From: an uncultured candidatus Brocadiaceae bacterium
GTDB lineage: Bacteria > Planctomycetota > UBA11346
Assembly: GCA_964612995.1 (NCBI GenBank)
Contig: CAZTGE010000003.1
Location: 2,394-66,393 of the forward strand
DNA: 64,000 nucleotides
Direction of reading: 5' to 3'
Each line of letters starts with the position of its first letter. Position 1 is the stretch's first letter. The notes under the pieces are model-generated. The model saw only the letters and a program-made list of their open reading frames with translations. It searched no databases and was not told the origin of the DNA. Positions 39,107 through 49,736 of this stretch are shown here, in pieces. The translations under genes were made by a program, and so were the position numbers.

Positions 39107-42100
39107 TCAGGGCTCTGCGGGCGCCTGGGCCGCCGCTGCGTCGACGACATCGACCGCAAGTCGGAAACCGACGTGACGCAGCGGCACGCGTTCGTCGACG
39201 ATGCGGTAGGCGTCGCAGCGGAAGCGGCGCGGATCGCGGTCGGTCCACGAGCCGCCGCGCAGCAGGTGGAAGTGGTCGCTGACCGTGGTCGCGACCAGCT
39301 CGGCGACCGACCCGGCCATGTCGTGGATCCCATGCACGGTGCGATCCTGCGGGAAGGATCCAACGGTCAGCTCGACCCGTTGGGCCGCAGCCGGTTTGCT
39401 CAGATGGGAATGGCAACGGTTGAGATCGCCGTAGTCGCCCCAGGGGTACGCGCGCCCATCGCCGCACTGGGCCGCGAGCAGCCATTCGCCCTCGTCGGGC
39501 AACCGCCAGGCGATGCCGTCGACCGTGCGTCGCCAGGCGATGTATCGCCGTACGTCGAGCATGCTCACCCCGGTGACCGGCCAACGTGGATCGCCGGCGA
39601 TCCAGGTCCCCTCCTGGTCGGCATCGAGCGAGCGGACCATGTGGCGGAACTCCCAGGCATGCGAGGCGTACCACTCCAGATCGCGCCCGCGATCGTTGTC
39701 GGCGAAGCCGGGATACCACAGGCTGCGCATGGCGGCGTAATGCGGGCGCGGCACCAGGATCAGCGGCTCGGCACAACGCGGGTGATCGTCGGAAAGCCGG
39801 CGCTTCTCGAACCGCCAGAGATGATCCCGTACATCTTCGCGTACCGCTTCGGCATTGAGGAACGCGAGCCACTCGTCACAGGTGACCTCGAATCGTGCGA
39901 GGGCGAAGCCGGGGATCTCGCGCTCCAGCCCTTCGCCGTCGATGGCGATACCATCGGGGACGAACACCAGATCTGCGGGCAGATCTGGCTGCGGGGGCAA
40001 GGTCAGGGAATGGTGCTGGCCCGAGAGGAAGCGACGCGCGACCACCACCCCGTCGGTGGACGCGACGCGGTAGCGGCCGACGGGGATCTCGATCGTCTCG
40101 CCCGGGCTGGCCGACAGCGCCTCGGGGCGCTCTTCCGGCGCATCGAGCCGGCGCAGATGCAATGGTCGACCATCGGCAGGGACACTCACCGCGCAGCGCC
40201 CGGTGGCGTGAAGCCGGTGCGCTGCATCATCGTCGAAGAGCTGGCACAGTTTGGCCGCGGTCTGAGCTGCGGCGCGATCGCCGGAGCGCTGGGCGTCTTC
40301 GATCTGCCGGCGGTAGAAATCCGCCAGGCGACGGCGGACCGGCGGATAGTCGGGGGCGACGGTGTTGGCCGACTGGAGCAGGGCGACTTCCTGCGCCAGG
40401 GCGGCGCTGCGCTCCTGGCGCGCGGCATCGACCCGCGCCTGCAGCTCGGCGTGCCGCGCCTGCAAGGAGGCATCGCCACGCCCGGTGATCAACAACCGCG
40501 ACAGCCGTGCCTGCTCGCGCGTGAGCGGACGCGCCCTGCCGCGCGCTGCAGCCGCGCTTTCGGCGAGCACGCTCGCCCGTGCGAGCAAGGTGCGCGCTTC
40601 GGCCTCGGCCCGCGCCCGCCGGCACGCACCCACCGCGCGTTCAAGCTCTTCGAGTTGTTCGTGATCCTCGGCGATCCCCCGCACCTGCGCCAACAGCTCG
40701 GCCGCCGCGTCTGCGTCCCCTTGCGCGAGTGCCGCGCGCAGACGCTCGATGATGCCGCGCGCCCGTTGGCTGCGCTCGCGCTGTTCGCGCAGCCGCTCCG
40801 CCTCGCGGGCGGCCAGGGTGTAGCGCTGGAGCACCTCGGTCGATCGCTCGAGCTGCGCCACCTCGAGCGAGGCCTTGACCAGCGATACCGCGTCGGCGAA
40901 GGCTCCCGCTCCGGCCTTGCGCTCGGCCTCCTCGAGCAGGTCGCGCGCGTGGTCCTCGTGTTCGAGCCGGCGCTGGGTCGCCACGCCGCGTTCGATGCGT
41001 TCCCGCAGCAGCGCGATGCGTTCGTCCTTGGGCACCAGCTGCTCGGCCAGCGTCAGCTGCCGGCTGGCCTCCTGCCAGGCGCCGGATTTCGCTTGGTGCT
41101 CGGCTCGGTGGAGGTGCTCCGCCGCCCGTCGCCGGCGCTCGCGTTGGGCCCGATCGCGCAGCAGGATGGTCACCTGGTCACGACGTTCGAGAACCGTGCT
41201 CGCGCGAACCAGCTCGCTCGCGCTCCACGGAGACGACCCGTTCCAGCGTGCGCGTTCCTCTTCCGAAGCGGCCAGGGCCAGGGCCTGGGTCAGCTTCTCG
41301 CGCGCGGCCTCGAGGCCCGAGTGCCCGCCGGCCGCCTGCGCGGCGTCGGCCTCCTGCACCAGCCTCGCGGCATTGGCCATGCGTTCGGCGAACATGTCGC
41401 GGGCCTTCTCGCGCTGTAGCTGACGCTGCAACGCTCGTTCGGCCCGCTTTTGAGCCCGCGCAGCGCGCTCGTCGGCCGGGTCGTGCTCGCGGATCTTGAC
41501 GTAGGTCTCGCGCGCCTCGGCGTGGTCGCGTTGCCGCTCTGCCTGGGCCGCTGCCTGCCACAGCCAGACGAGGTGGGCCCGCTCGCGCTGCAACCGCCAG
41601 GTGACCACGCCGAACCAGGCGGCGAGGACCACCGCCGCAACCACCGCACCGGTGCGGACCTGGGCCCGATGGCGGGTGGTCCACCGCGAGATGCGCTCGA
41701 GCAGGGTCTCGTGGTGGGCGCTGACCGCGAGACCGGCGAGGTAGTTGTCGAGATCGGCCTTGAGTGCGGCCACGTCGCGGTAGCGGTCGTCGGCCTCCAA
41801 CGCCATCGCCTTGTGGACGATGGCCACCAGCGGCCGCGGCACCCGCACCGGGATCGCGGGGTCGTCGAGCCGGCGCCAGTCGCCATGGGCGACCTGGCGC
41901 ATGGTGCGATCGGCGTCGCCGCGGCGGTAGGGCGAGGTCCCGGCGAGCAGCTCGTAGAGGACCACCCCCAGCGAGTAGACATCGCTGCGCACGTCGACCT
42001 CGGCGTTGCGACCGCAGGCCTGCTCCGGGCTCATGTAGGCCGGGGTGCCGACCGCGCTGCCGGCGTGGGTGCGGTATGCGTCGCTGTCAGTGTCGTTGCT

Positions 42101-42814
42101 GGCGCGCAGCGAGAGCACGTCGCTGCGGCCGGTGACCTTGGCCAGACCCCAGTCGACCACCAGCACCTCGCCGAAAGGCCCGATCATGATGTTGCCCGGC
42201 TTGACGTCGCGATGGATCACGCCACGCGAATGGGCGAACGCGAGCGCGTCGCAGGCCTTGTCGAACAGTTGGAGCAGGGCGTAGTATTCCCCGGGCCGCC
42301 CCGCCCGTTCCTGGGTGTAGTCGTGGAGGTTCTGCCCCTCTACCCGCTTCATGGTGTAGAACAGGGTGCCGTCGGCGAGCGCGTTGAGTTCGTGTACCGG
42401 AACGATCGAGGGGTGCTCGAGTTGGGCGGTGACCTGGGCCTCGTGGATGAAGCGGGCGATGTGCCGCTCGCCCGTGCGCAGGCTCTGCAGGGTCTTCAGG
42501 GCCACGCTACGTCCGCAGTCGCGATCGTAGACGTCGAAGATGATCCCCTGGGCGCCGCGACCGAGCACTCCGCGCAGTTGGTAGCGCGGCTCACCTGGTT
42601 CGCCGATCAGTCCATCCTGCCATGTGCCGAGCATGTGCTCGAGGCTTTCGGCGCTCCCGGCGCCGCGGAAGCGCGTGACATCGGCGCCACGCGAACCATA
42701 CGATCCATCGTTCGGCGCAGCTCCGGGCTGTTCGAAGGCCTGGCTCTCCATCCGCCGGGTCCGCGAGGGGTCGTCGGGCGATCCGGTTGCGATCGACTCA
42801 GGCGACGAATTCAT
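39107..42814 (-). CDS. Ser/Thr protein kinase (Hanks-type) with TM segment, ~550-aa coiled-coil region and C-terminal FGE-sulfatase (SUMF1/EgtB-like) domain
   Basis: Kinase motifs ALKTL, HRDVKPGNIMI, DWGLAK and SPEQ. TM AVVAAVVLAAWFGVVTW. C-terminal LLRGGSWTD...GFRLAVD is typical of the FGE-sulfatase fold. Confidence 0.85.
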   Translation of the reverse strand: MNSSPESIATGSPDDPSRTRRMESQAFEQPGAAPNDGSYGSRGADVTRFRGAGSAESLEHMLGTWQDGLIGEPGEPRYQLRGVLGRGAQGIIFDVYDRDCGRSVALKTLQSLRTGERHIARFIHEAQVTAQLEHPSIVPVHELNALADGTLFYTMKRVEGQNLHDYTQERAGRPGEYYALLQLFDKACDALAFAHSRGVIHRDVKPGNIMIGPFGEVLVVDWGLAKVTGRSDVLSLRASNDTDSDAYRTHAGSAVGTPAYMSPEQACGRNAEVDVRSDVYSLGVVLYELLAGTSPYRRGDADRTMRQVAHGDWRRLDDPAIPVRVPRPLVAIVHKAMALEADDRYRDVAALKADLDNYLAGLAVSAHHETLLERISRWTTRHRAQVRTGAVVAAVVLAAWFGVVTWRLQRERAHLVWLWQAAAQAERQRDHAEARETYVKIREHDPADERAARAQKRAERALQRQLQREKARDMFAERMANAARLVQEADAAQAAGGHSGLEAAREKLTQALALAASEEERARWNGSSPWSASELVRASTVLERRDQVTILLRDRAQRERRRRAAEHLHRAEHQAKSGAWQEASRQLTLAEQLVPKDERIALLRERIERGVATQRRLEHEDHARDLLEEAERKAGAGAFADAVSLVKASLEVAQLERSTEVLQRYTLAAREAERLREQRERSQRARGIIERLRAALAQGDADAAAELLAQVRGIAEDHEQLEELERAVGACRRARAEAEARTLLARASVLAESAAAARGRARPLTREQARLSRLLITGRGDASLQARHAELQARVDAARQERSAALAQEVALLQSANTVAPDYPPVRRRLADFYRRQIEDAQRSGDRAAAQTAAKLCQLFDDDAAHRLHATGRCAVSVPADGRPLHLRRLDAPEERPEALSASPGETIEIPVGRYRVASTDGVVVARRFLSGQHHSLTLPPQPDLPADLVFVPDGIAIDGEGLEREIPGFALARFEVTCDEWLAFLNAEAVREDVRDHLWRFEKRRLSDDHPRCAEPLILVPRPHYAAMRSLWYPGFADNDRGRDLEWYASHAWEFRHMVRSLDADQEGTWIAGDPRWPVTGVSMLDVRRYIAWRRTVDGIAWRLPDEGEWLLAAQCGDGRAYPWGDYGDLNRCHSHLSKPAAAQRVELTVGSFPQDRTVHGIHDMAGSVAELVATTVSDHFHLLRGGSWTDRDPRRFRCDAYRIVDERVPLRHVGFRLAVDVVDAAAAQAPAEP

Positions 42815-43349
42815 CGCGGAACAACGCGCTGAGGGGATCGAGCGTCAGGTCGCCCAGCCGTGCGGTACCGACCCAACTGGTCTGCAGGGGTGCGGCGCAG
42901 CCTGGAGCGACCTGCACGGTATAGACCAGAAACAGGAACCCCGCCGCCTCCTCGAGTCGGTCCTCGTTGAGATACCCGAGCAGACGCAGGTCTTCTTCTT
43001 GCGTGCCGAGCAGGCGACGCGCGGCCAGGCGGGCGAATTCACGCAACCCACGCAGACCCGGCGCGAGCCTCTCCACTTCCGGCGGCACGGCGCAGGCGTG
43101 CAGGATCACCCCATCTTCATGCACCAGCACCTGATCCTCGCGGTGGAGCACCAAGCCGATGCGCACCTCCTTGGTCTCGACATCTCCGGCGATCGCCTCG
43201 CGGGTCGCGAACCAGGACTCGTGCTCGATGCTCTCCAGCACCTCGAGTTGCACCTGGCGTTCCAGCCCGCTCACGGCCCACAGTTCTCGCCGGGGCATGG
43301 CCATCACCAGGGTCGGGCCATCTTCTGTGCTTGTCGCATCAACATCCAT
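42798..43349 (-). CDS. hypothetical protein (183 aa) of unassigned fold, possibly a degenerate NUDIX-like fold. 17-nt overlap with the kinase start
   Basis: ORF MDVDATSTEDGP... The segment EVERLAPGLRGLREFARLAARRLLG is only weakly Nudix-box-like. Confidence 0.45.
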   Translation of the reverse strand: MDVDATSTEDGPTLVMAMPRRELWAVSGLERQVQLEVLESIEHESWFATREAIAGDVETKEVRIGLVLHREDQVLVHEDGVILHACAVPPEVERLAPGLRGLREFARLAARRLLGTQEEDLRLLGYLNEDRLEEAAGFLFLVYTVQVAPGCAAPLQTSWVGTARLGDLTLDPLSALFRDEFVA

Positions 43350-43361
43350 GGTGCGTTAATG

Positions 43362-43543
43362 CTAGAGCGCATCCCTCACGAGACAACTGCTGCAAAGCCG
43401 TATCGCACCGCCACTACAGGACTTCGCTCGGTCGGCGGATCCTCACGTAGCGCTGCTACGCTCCGGTTCGCCTCGATCGCGAAGCCCTGCATTGACAGCA
43501 CGCTACGACTTTTCGCGACGTTGCTCATGAGGGATCCGGGCCA
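43362..43543 (+). mobile_element. MITE-like element family A, copy A4
   Basis: ctagagcgcatccctcacgag...ctcatgagggatccgggccag. Same orientation as A3. Confidence 0.75.
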
Positions 43544-43855
43544 GGCCGGTACCGCTGGCGTTCAATCGACCACGAAATCGGTCGCCACGCACGCCACCGA
43601 CATCGACCGGCTTGTTGGTCGGGTTCATCAAAGATCCAAGACCGCGCCGGAAGAGAAGGTGTATCTGGCGAAAATGGCCCGCAGGACCGCCGAAAACGCC
43701 AGCGCAGCTGGCGGAGGAAGCCGGGGTGCGGCGAAGCCGCGAGGGGGCAGCGCCCCCTCTGCAAAAGCCCCGGCTTCTCTCACACGCACGGCCGATCGCG
43801 ACGACGACGGCCATGGCATGCGCGCCGCAGCGCCCATGATCGCATCGGGGAGAGC

Positions 43856-46528
43856 ATGAGTCGGATGGACCACGACGCCGTCACCACCGCCTGCAGCAAG
43901 TGCGGGAGTTTCATCGCTCCGGAGGAGTTCGAGCAGGGGCTGGCGGTCCGTATCGCCGGCGAACCGGTCTGCACTGCCTGTACCGACGCCTTGCCGACCC
44001 AGGTGAAGCTGCGCATCGAACGCCTGCGCGCGCAGCGCGGCCTCGACGCCACCGTCTATCGCTACCGTCATCCGGCGCATCCCGAGCTGGAGAGCTTCAC
44101 CTTCACCAGCACCCATCAGCTCATGCGGCATCGTCGCGCGCGCAACCGTGGCGAGGACTTCACCGCCCCGATGATCGGTCCACGCTCGGCCGCTACGACG
44201 GCGAGCGCACCCACCGCTGGCAGCGCACCCACCGCCAGGCGGTGGGGCGTCGGGGCCGGCATCGCCGCCGCCGCGGTCATCGCCGGCATCGCGTTGACCT
44301 TCACCCTCGGCGATGACGAGCATGCAGTCACTCCGGCCGTGCGTGCAGACTTCCCCGCCGACCCACAGCGCGCCTGGTCGCTCGCCGCCACCCGCCTGGA
44401 CACCGGCGACCCGCTACGCCGCTCAATCGCCGAGGAGCTCGCCCGCAGCCAGGAGCAGGCGCTCGACGCCGTCCGCAGCGCCCTGGCGACCGAGGATCCG
44501 GTCGCCGCACGCGCAGCGCTCGCCAAGGTCGTCTACCCCGATCACGCCGATTTCGCCCGCCAGCACAAGCGCACCGCCCTGCTGGCCGATCGCATTGCCG
44601 ACCTCGAGCGACGCCGGGCCCGGCTGGCCGAACGTCGCACGCGTGACACGGATTCGCGTGATGGCGCGCCGGAGCCACCGCCGCGCGGACCCACCGGCCC
44701 TGCCACGGCACCACCGCCCGAGACCGGGCAACCAGAACCCGCGCTCGCCGCAACCGATGCAGATCCGGTCGCGGCCGAAACGGCTGACGTCGGGATTGCA
44801 GCCGAACCAGAGTCGGAACCGGAAACAGAGCCGGAAACGGAAGCCGACGCCCAGGCCGCGACCGCTGCGCCAGACCCACCGCCGCCGGGGGCTCAATCAC
44901 CGTCGCCGGTCGCTCCAGTGAAGATCGAACTCGCGGACCTGGTCGCTGACGACGATCAGGCCTGGAGTCGCGACGACCGTGGCGCCCGGCTCGAGGCCAC
45001 CCTCGGCAGCCTCAGTCGTCAGCTCGCGCTGCCGCCCGGCGCCTACGTCCCCTGGGTCCAGCTCCGCGACACCAACGATTCGGGCTACCTGCTGGTCAGC
45101 GTCGCTGGAACCACTTTCGAACTGCCGGGCACGGTGCAGACCGGGCAGCGGGCGCGATGGCATCGCATCCCCGGTGCCGCGGTGGAAGTCGGCGACCAGG
45201 CGGTGCAACTCGACGTGGTCGGGAGCAAGCCGGGGTGGAACGTGTTCCGCATCGTGTTGGCCGATCCGGGGACCGACCACGCGCCCAAAGGCATCGATGC
45301 GATCGCCTCGGCGACCTGGGCCGACGCGCCCGGCGAGGACGGACCGGCCGCTGCTGACGCACAGGCGGAAGTCACCGTCACCGTCTTCGAACCGGATCTG
45401 GAGGGCAGGTGGCAGGAACGCAACTACTACGATCCCCGCGATCTGGTACCCGCGAGCCTGCCCGGCAATTGCTCGCCACAGCTCTACGCCTCCGAAGACC
45501 GCCTGAACACCGGTCACACCCTGCATCTCGACCTCAGCGGGCGTGAACTCGCCGACGGCGGGCTGGTGCTGCTGCTCCATCCCATGCGCCTGGTGCGCAA
45601 TTCTCTGCGTGCGACGCTCGTGGACACGGCCGGGCGGCGCCACAAGCTGCCGGATGTCATCTTCACCGCCGAGACACCCGCGTGGTCGCCCTATGTCATC
45701 GATCTGAGCACCATCCCCCTGCCGGAGGATCCACGTTCCGGATTCGATCCGCGCCAGCTCGCACGCCTGACCCTGACCGATGCGGTCGACGACATCTCGA
45801 CCGCCTTCCTCCTCGGCAAGACGGTCGCCATCACCGGGCGCGCTCCGCAGCAAGAAGACCTCGATCTGCGCTTCCGCGCGCTGCGCGCCCCGGAGGCCGA
45901 GCACCTGGCCAAGTTGCTGCAGCACGTCTGGCAACGCCGCGCCACCGGCGTGCCCTGGCAGCAGGGCCTCGATCCGACCAAGGTCAAGTTGTTGGTCGGC
46001 GAACAGTTGTTCAAGGGCAGTTTCCAACGCGATCTCTACGACGGCCTCGAAGAACTCAACGACGAGCGCCCGCAGGACCGCTCGGTCGCCCCGCTGCAGA
46101 TGGTCGATGCCTGGCTCGACAAGACCTTCATCATCCCACCGGAGCTGATCGACAAGGCGCATCACCACATGATCGTGGTCGCCACCGGCGGCAAGGAGTT
46201 CGCGATCGGCCTCGACGTGCGTCGTGCACGCGAGAATTTCTGGCGCAAGATGATCATCGAAGCGATCAATAGCGGCGTGCTGCCGGTGGTGGCGCTGGGG
46301 CCGAACAAGACCCATGAACAGAGCGTGCCACAGGCACGCGAACTGTGGACCGATGTCCTGGCGATGGTCGAGGAGGACTTCCCGGGCGTGCCGGTCATCG
46401 ACCTGCGGGTGGTGCCGGTGAGCGGATTCGAACGCTTCCCCCCGGGTTCCTCCGATCTCTGTACGGGTCTGCTGCTCGAGTCCTATGCCGAGCTCAAGAC
46501 GCGCATCGAGATCCTGGGCGAACTCTGA
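43856..46528 (+). CDS. large hypothetical protein (890 aa): N-terminal CxxC...CxxC zinc ribbon, single TM, Pro/Glu-rich linker, and a ~550-aa extracytoplasmic domain with a degenerate SGNH-like C-terminus
   Basis: RBS ggggagag. CSKCGS...CTACTD. TM GVGAGIAAAAVIAGIALTF. Linker EPESEPETEPETEAD. C-terminal HHMIVVATGGKEF...VVALGPNKT. Confidence 0.65.
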   Translation: MSRMDHDAVTTACSKCGSFIAPEEFEQGLAVRIAGEPVCTACTDALPTQVKLRIERLRAQRGLDATVYRYRHPAHPELESFTFTSTHQLMRHRRARNRGEDFTAPMIGPRSAATTASAPTAGSAPTARRWGVGAGIAAAAVIAGIALTFTLGDDEHAVTPAVRADFPADPQRAWSLAATRLDTGDPLRRSIAEELARSQEQALDAVRSALATEDPVAARAALAKVVYPDHADFARQHKRTALLADRIADLERRRARLAERRTRDTDSRDGAPEPPPRGPTGPATAPPPETGQPEPALAATDADPVAAETADVGIAAEPESEPETEPETEADAQAATAAPDPPPPGAQSPSPVAPVKIELADLVADDDQAWSRDDRGARLEATLGSLSRQLALPPGAYVPWVQLRDTNDSGYLLVSVAGTTFELPGTVQTGQRARWHRIPGAAVEVGDQAVQLDVVGSKPGWNVFRIVLADPGTDHAPKGIDAIASATWADAPGEDGPAAADAQAEVTVTVFEPDLEGRWQERNYYDPRDLVPASLPGNCSPQLYASEDRLNTGHTLHLDLSGRELADGGLVLLLHPMRLVRNSLRATLVDTAGRRHKLPDVIFTAETPAWSPYVIDLSTIPLPEDPRSGFDPRQLARLTLTDAVDDISTAFLLGKTVAITGRAPQQEDLDLRFRALRAPEAEHLAKLLQHVWQRRATGVPWQQGLDPTKVKLLVGEQLFKGSFQRDLYDGLEELNDERPQDRSVAPLQMVDAWLDKTFIIPPELIDKAHHHMIVVATGGKEFAIGLDVRRARENFWRKMIIEAINSGVLPVVALGPNKTHEQSVPQARELWTDVLAMVEEDFPGVPVIDLRVVPVSGFERFPPGSSDLCTGLLLESYAELKTRIEILGEL

Positions 46529-46562
46529 AGGCGCCGCGCGCGGCTCACGCAGCTGGCGTTGA

Positions 46563-49499
46563 TCACGGCCAGCTGCGCCAGACCTCCCACTTCAGCCCGG
46601 TCTGATGGCTGTAGATCTGTAGCAGGGCCTGGAGCCCGAAGCCGAGCATGTCGCCGAGGATGAAGGCGATCGCCACTGGTTTGAGTCGGCTGTACAGCCC
46701 CGCGCCGCCAAAGCGCAACACCAGAACCTTGGCCGCCCACCCCAGCATCAGGCTGGCCCAGATGGTATAGATCGGCCAGCTGACCGCGACCACCAGCCCC
46801 AGCGGATGGATCGGACACTTGTTCCACACCCGGCGCAACCAGGCCACGGCGAAGATCAGCACGAAGCCCACCACGATGTAGACCTGTTGGTTGGTCATGC
46901 CCAGCATGTCCGGCTTGAACTCCTTGCCGAATACGGAGGCTTCGAGCTTGCCCGTGCCCACGTCGGGCTGCATGACCCAGTTGGCCAGCAACTCGCTGAA
47001 CACGGTGGCCACGACCACCACCACGGCGAAGCCGCCGAGCAGCAGCATGGTCCGGCCCTGGCGCACCCCGGCCCCCTCGCTCATGGCCGAGGTCTGGACC
47101 GCGAAGCCGGCGAGGTTCTCGCGTGTATCCTGGGCCAGGACCCGGCTGATCCAGTTGGTCATCAGGATCGCCTGGATCGGGAAGACGAACTGCAGTCCGA
47201 GCCCGTTGACGACCTTGTTCATCACCTCCGGCGCCTGGAAGGCCGCCAGACCACTCTCCGCGACCACGCGGGCGACGACCACGATGGAGGTGAGGAAAAA
47301 GGCCAGCCCCAACAGGCCGGCGAACAGGCCGTGATACCAGGGGCCACCGACGTAGGATCCGATCAGGATGACCGTGATCAGGCTGCCGGCCAGCAGCGCA
47401 CGCGCGCCCCAGACCCCTACCGGATCGTGGGGGTCCGGCCCGGTGAACACCGCTGCGCGCAACAGGCGCCAGTAGTGATGCCGACCGAGCCAGAATACCA
47501 GCACCACCAAGCCGAAGCCGGCACCGGCGCCGACCAGTCGCCCATCGCCGGCGAAGCTGAACTGGAGACCGAACGCGGCCAGCCAGCCGCTGATCAGCGC
47601 ACCGAACCAGAAGCCACCCCAGACCGAGAAACCGATATCGGCACTGAGCAGGAAGGCGATGCCGATGGCGAAGGGAACGATATTGAACGTGCCGAAGAAG
47701 CCCGAGAACGCCCAGCGACCGGGCACGTTCGCCGGAATTCCGAAGCCCTTGTAGATCTCGGATGAGGAGACCATGGGATCGGTCGCGAGCGCCGGGAGCG
47801 GATGCCAGCCATTGGTGGCGCCGTATTGATAGAGCCAGAACAGGACCAGAATGGCGACGGTGGTCTGGAATGCCCGATTGCTCAGGAAGCTCTTGCGGGA
47901 GAGCGCCAGGGGCACCTGGACCAGCGGATGCTGCAGCCGTTCATGGTGGGTCCACTGCCGGGCGGTGAAAGCGACGAAGCCGAGAATCACCGCGATGCCG
48001 GCGAGTACGAACCAGAGGGTCGGCCCGACCGGCTCCGCCAGTCGACTGGCCGGGGAATCGCCAAAGGTGTCCATCAGCGCCCAGCGCTGCAGCAGTTCAC
48101 CGAGCACTTCGTCCGACAGCCCCGCGGTGCCGGCTTCGAGCACCACCCGTTGGGCCTGGATCACGCAGGCCGGTTCGATCGGCAGACCCAGGGCGGCCTT
48201 GAGCGCTTCGGCGTCGATTCCGGCCCCGTGCTCCTCGAGCGCGGAACGCAGACTCAAGAGGGCCGGACCATCTGAGAGATACGCGTGGTCAGCCTGCAGC
48301 AGATCCTCGAGCAATACCGCCGGCGGCGGTGCGCGAGCTGCAGCGGCGTGTTCCTGCAGGCGCTCATGAAAACCCGGCGGCAGGAAGGGCCGGTCCAGCT
48401 CATGGGCGATCTCGTCGGCTGTCGGCAGCTCGTCGATCTGGCCGGTGGCCAGGACTTTGAGGTCCTGGCTCACGGTATCGAGGCGCCGCAGGCGTTCGCT
48501 CTCGCCGACACTGCGCAGCAAGCCCGAAAGCTGGTTCTCGCGCCCCGAGAGTCCGCGGATCAGGCGCAGCTCGGGCTGCAGCTCGCGGTGGTACGTCGCC
48601 AGCAGGTCCAGAGCGTGGGCGGCGCTCGATGCGGCGGCGCCGGGCTGCACAGCCGCGAGCGCCGCGAGCAACTCCTCAGCGGGCCGATGCCGCTGCGGCA
48701 GATCGAGCTCCTGCAACGCCTCGCGACGGGCGGTGTAGTCCTCGCTCCATTCGGCTGCATCCGTGACCTGCTCCGTCGCAGCTGCGACCACCAGCCTGGA
48801 GAGACGGACGGCGAGCTCCGCAGCTGCGTCCATGTCGGCTCTGGCGGCGAAGGCGATGCCGTTGGGGAAGGCTTCCTTGATCGAGACCGGACGCCGCTTC
48901 GGTGGGCGGGTGTAATCGTCTTTCCGCGATAAGAACTCCTCGCGCATCAGCATGGAACGCCAGGATTGGGCTCCACCAGTGCCGGCGAGTCCTGCGACGA
49001 TGTAGAGGAAGCAGCCGAGGACCACTATCTCGCGCGGTCGCACCACCAGGAACTGCACGCGATTTCCGAACAATCGCAGCAGCGGGTTCCAGACCAATGC
49101 CAGGACGCTGAGAATGGAGAGCGGCACTACGGGGACGTAGAACCACTTGGAGTACATCAGGCCATCTGACGCGGCCATGGTGAACCAGGGCACCAACACG
49201 GCCAGGAACAGGGCGAACACAGGGGCGAGCACCCACATGATCGGGCGCACGGCCGGACCGAAGTCGTCCTCGCTTGTCGTGCCGCTCGCAGGCGTGTCCG
49301 GTGGCTGAGGTGGCCGGGTATCGCCGGGAAGCGTCGCTGGTGCGGTGCTGGTGCTCGCCGGGCTGGCTGGCTGCTGCGCGTGTGATGCGTCGGAAGGGGG
49401 CGTGCCGCCGCCCTGACGCCCCTGCATTTCGCCCGATTCTGACATGGCTGCGTATGTTCGGCTACGCCTCGTGGTATCAAGTGCCATTTGATGCGCCAT
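46563..49499 (-). CDS. large polytopic membrane protein (978 aa): ~4 N-terminal TM helices, ~430-aa cytoplasmic region, ~13 C-terminal TM helices
   Basis: Long uninterrupted ORF. Hydrophobic helices are visible by eye (VLAPVFALFLAVLVPWF, LWFVLAGIAVILGFVAF, etc.). No family recognised. Confidence 0.65.
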   Translation of the reverse strand: MAHQMALDTTRRSRTYAAMSESGEMQGRQGGGTPPSDASHAQQPASPASTSTAPATLPGDTRPPQPPDTPASGTTSEDDFGPAVRPIMWVLAPVFALFLAVLVPWFTMAASDGLMYSKWFYVPVVPLSILSVLALVWNPLLRLFGNRVQFLVVRPREIVVLGCFLYIVAGLAGTGGAQSWRSMLMREEFLSRKDDYTRPPKRRPVSIKEAFPNGIAFAARADMDAAAELAVRLSRLVVAAATEQVTDAAEWSEDYTARREALQELDLPQRHRPAEELLAALAAVQPGAAASSAAHALDLLATYHRELQPELRLIRGLSGRENQLSGLLRSVGESERLRRLDTVSQDLKVLATGQIDELPTADEIAHELDRPFLPPGFHERLQEHAAAARAPPPAVLLEDLLQADHAYLSDGPALLSLRSALEEHGAGIDAEALKAALGLPIEPACVIQAQRVVLEAGTAGLSDEVLGELLQRWALMDTFGDSPASRLAEPVGPTLWFVLAGIAVILGFVAFTARQWTHHERLQHPLVQVPLALSRKSFLSNRAFQTTVAILVLFWLYQYGATNGWHPLPALATDPMVSSSEIYKGFGIPANVPGRWAFSGFFGTFNIVPFAIGIAFLLSADIGFSVWGGFWFGALISGWLAAFGLQFSFAGDGRLVGAGAGFGLVVLVFWLGRHHYWRLLRAAVFTGPDPHDPVGVWGARALLAGSLITVILIGSYVGGPWYHGLFAGLLGLAFFLTSIVVVARVVAESGLAAFQAPEVMNKVVNGLGLQFVFPIQAILMTNWISRVLAQDTRENLAGFAVQTSAMSEGAGVRQGRTMLLLGGFAVVVVVATVFSELLANWVMQPDVGTGKLEASVFGKEFKPDMLGMTNQQVYIVVGFVLIFAVAWLRRVWNKCPIHPLGLVVAVSWPIYTIWASLMLGWAAKVLVLRFGGAGLYSRLKPVAIAFILGDMLGFGLQALLQIYSHQTGLKWEVWRSWP

Positions 49500-49736
49500 C
49501 CGACTGGTGGCGCTACGGGTGGAACCCGATCATCGGCAGGGCCGCCACCGGGCGCTCGCGGCGTCCGACCCAGGTATGGATGCCGCATGTATCCCGCGGC
49601 CCACGGTCTTACGCCCCGCTGTCTCCGGCGTTGTCGCCAGCCGTCGCCTGCCGGGTCTTCTCCGGCACTCCCGACGCGCTATGCATGATCGCCGCGAAGC
49701 GGCGCGCCGCCGGTCGCCTTTGATCAGGAGCCCTCC

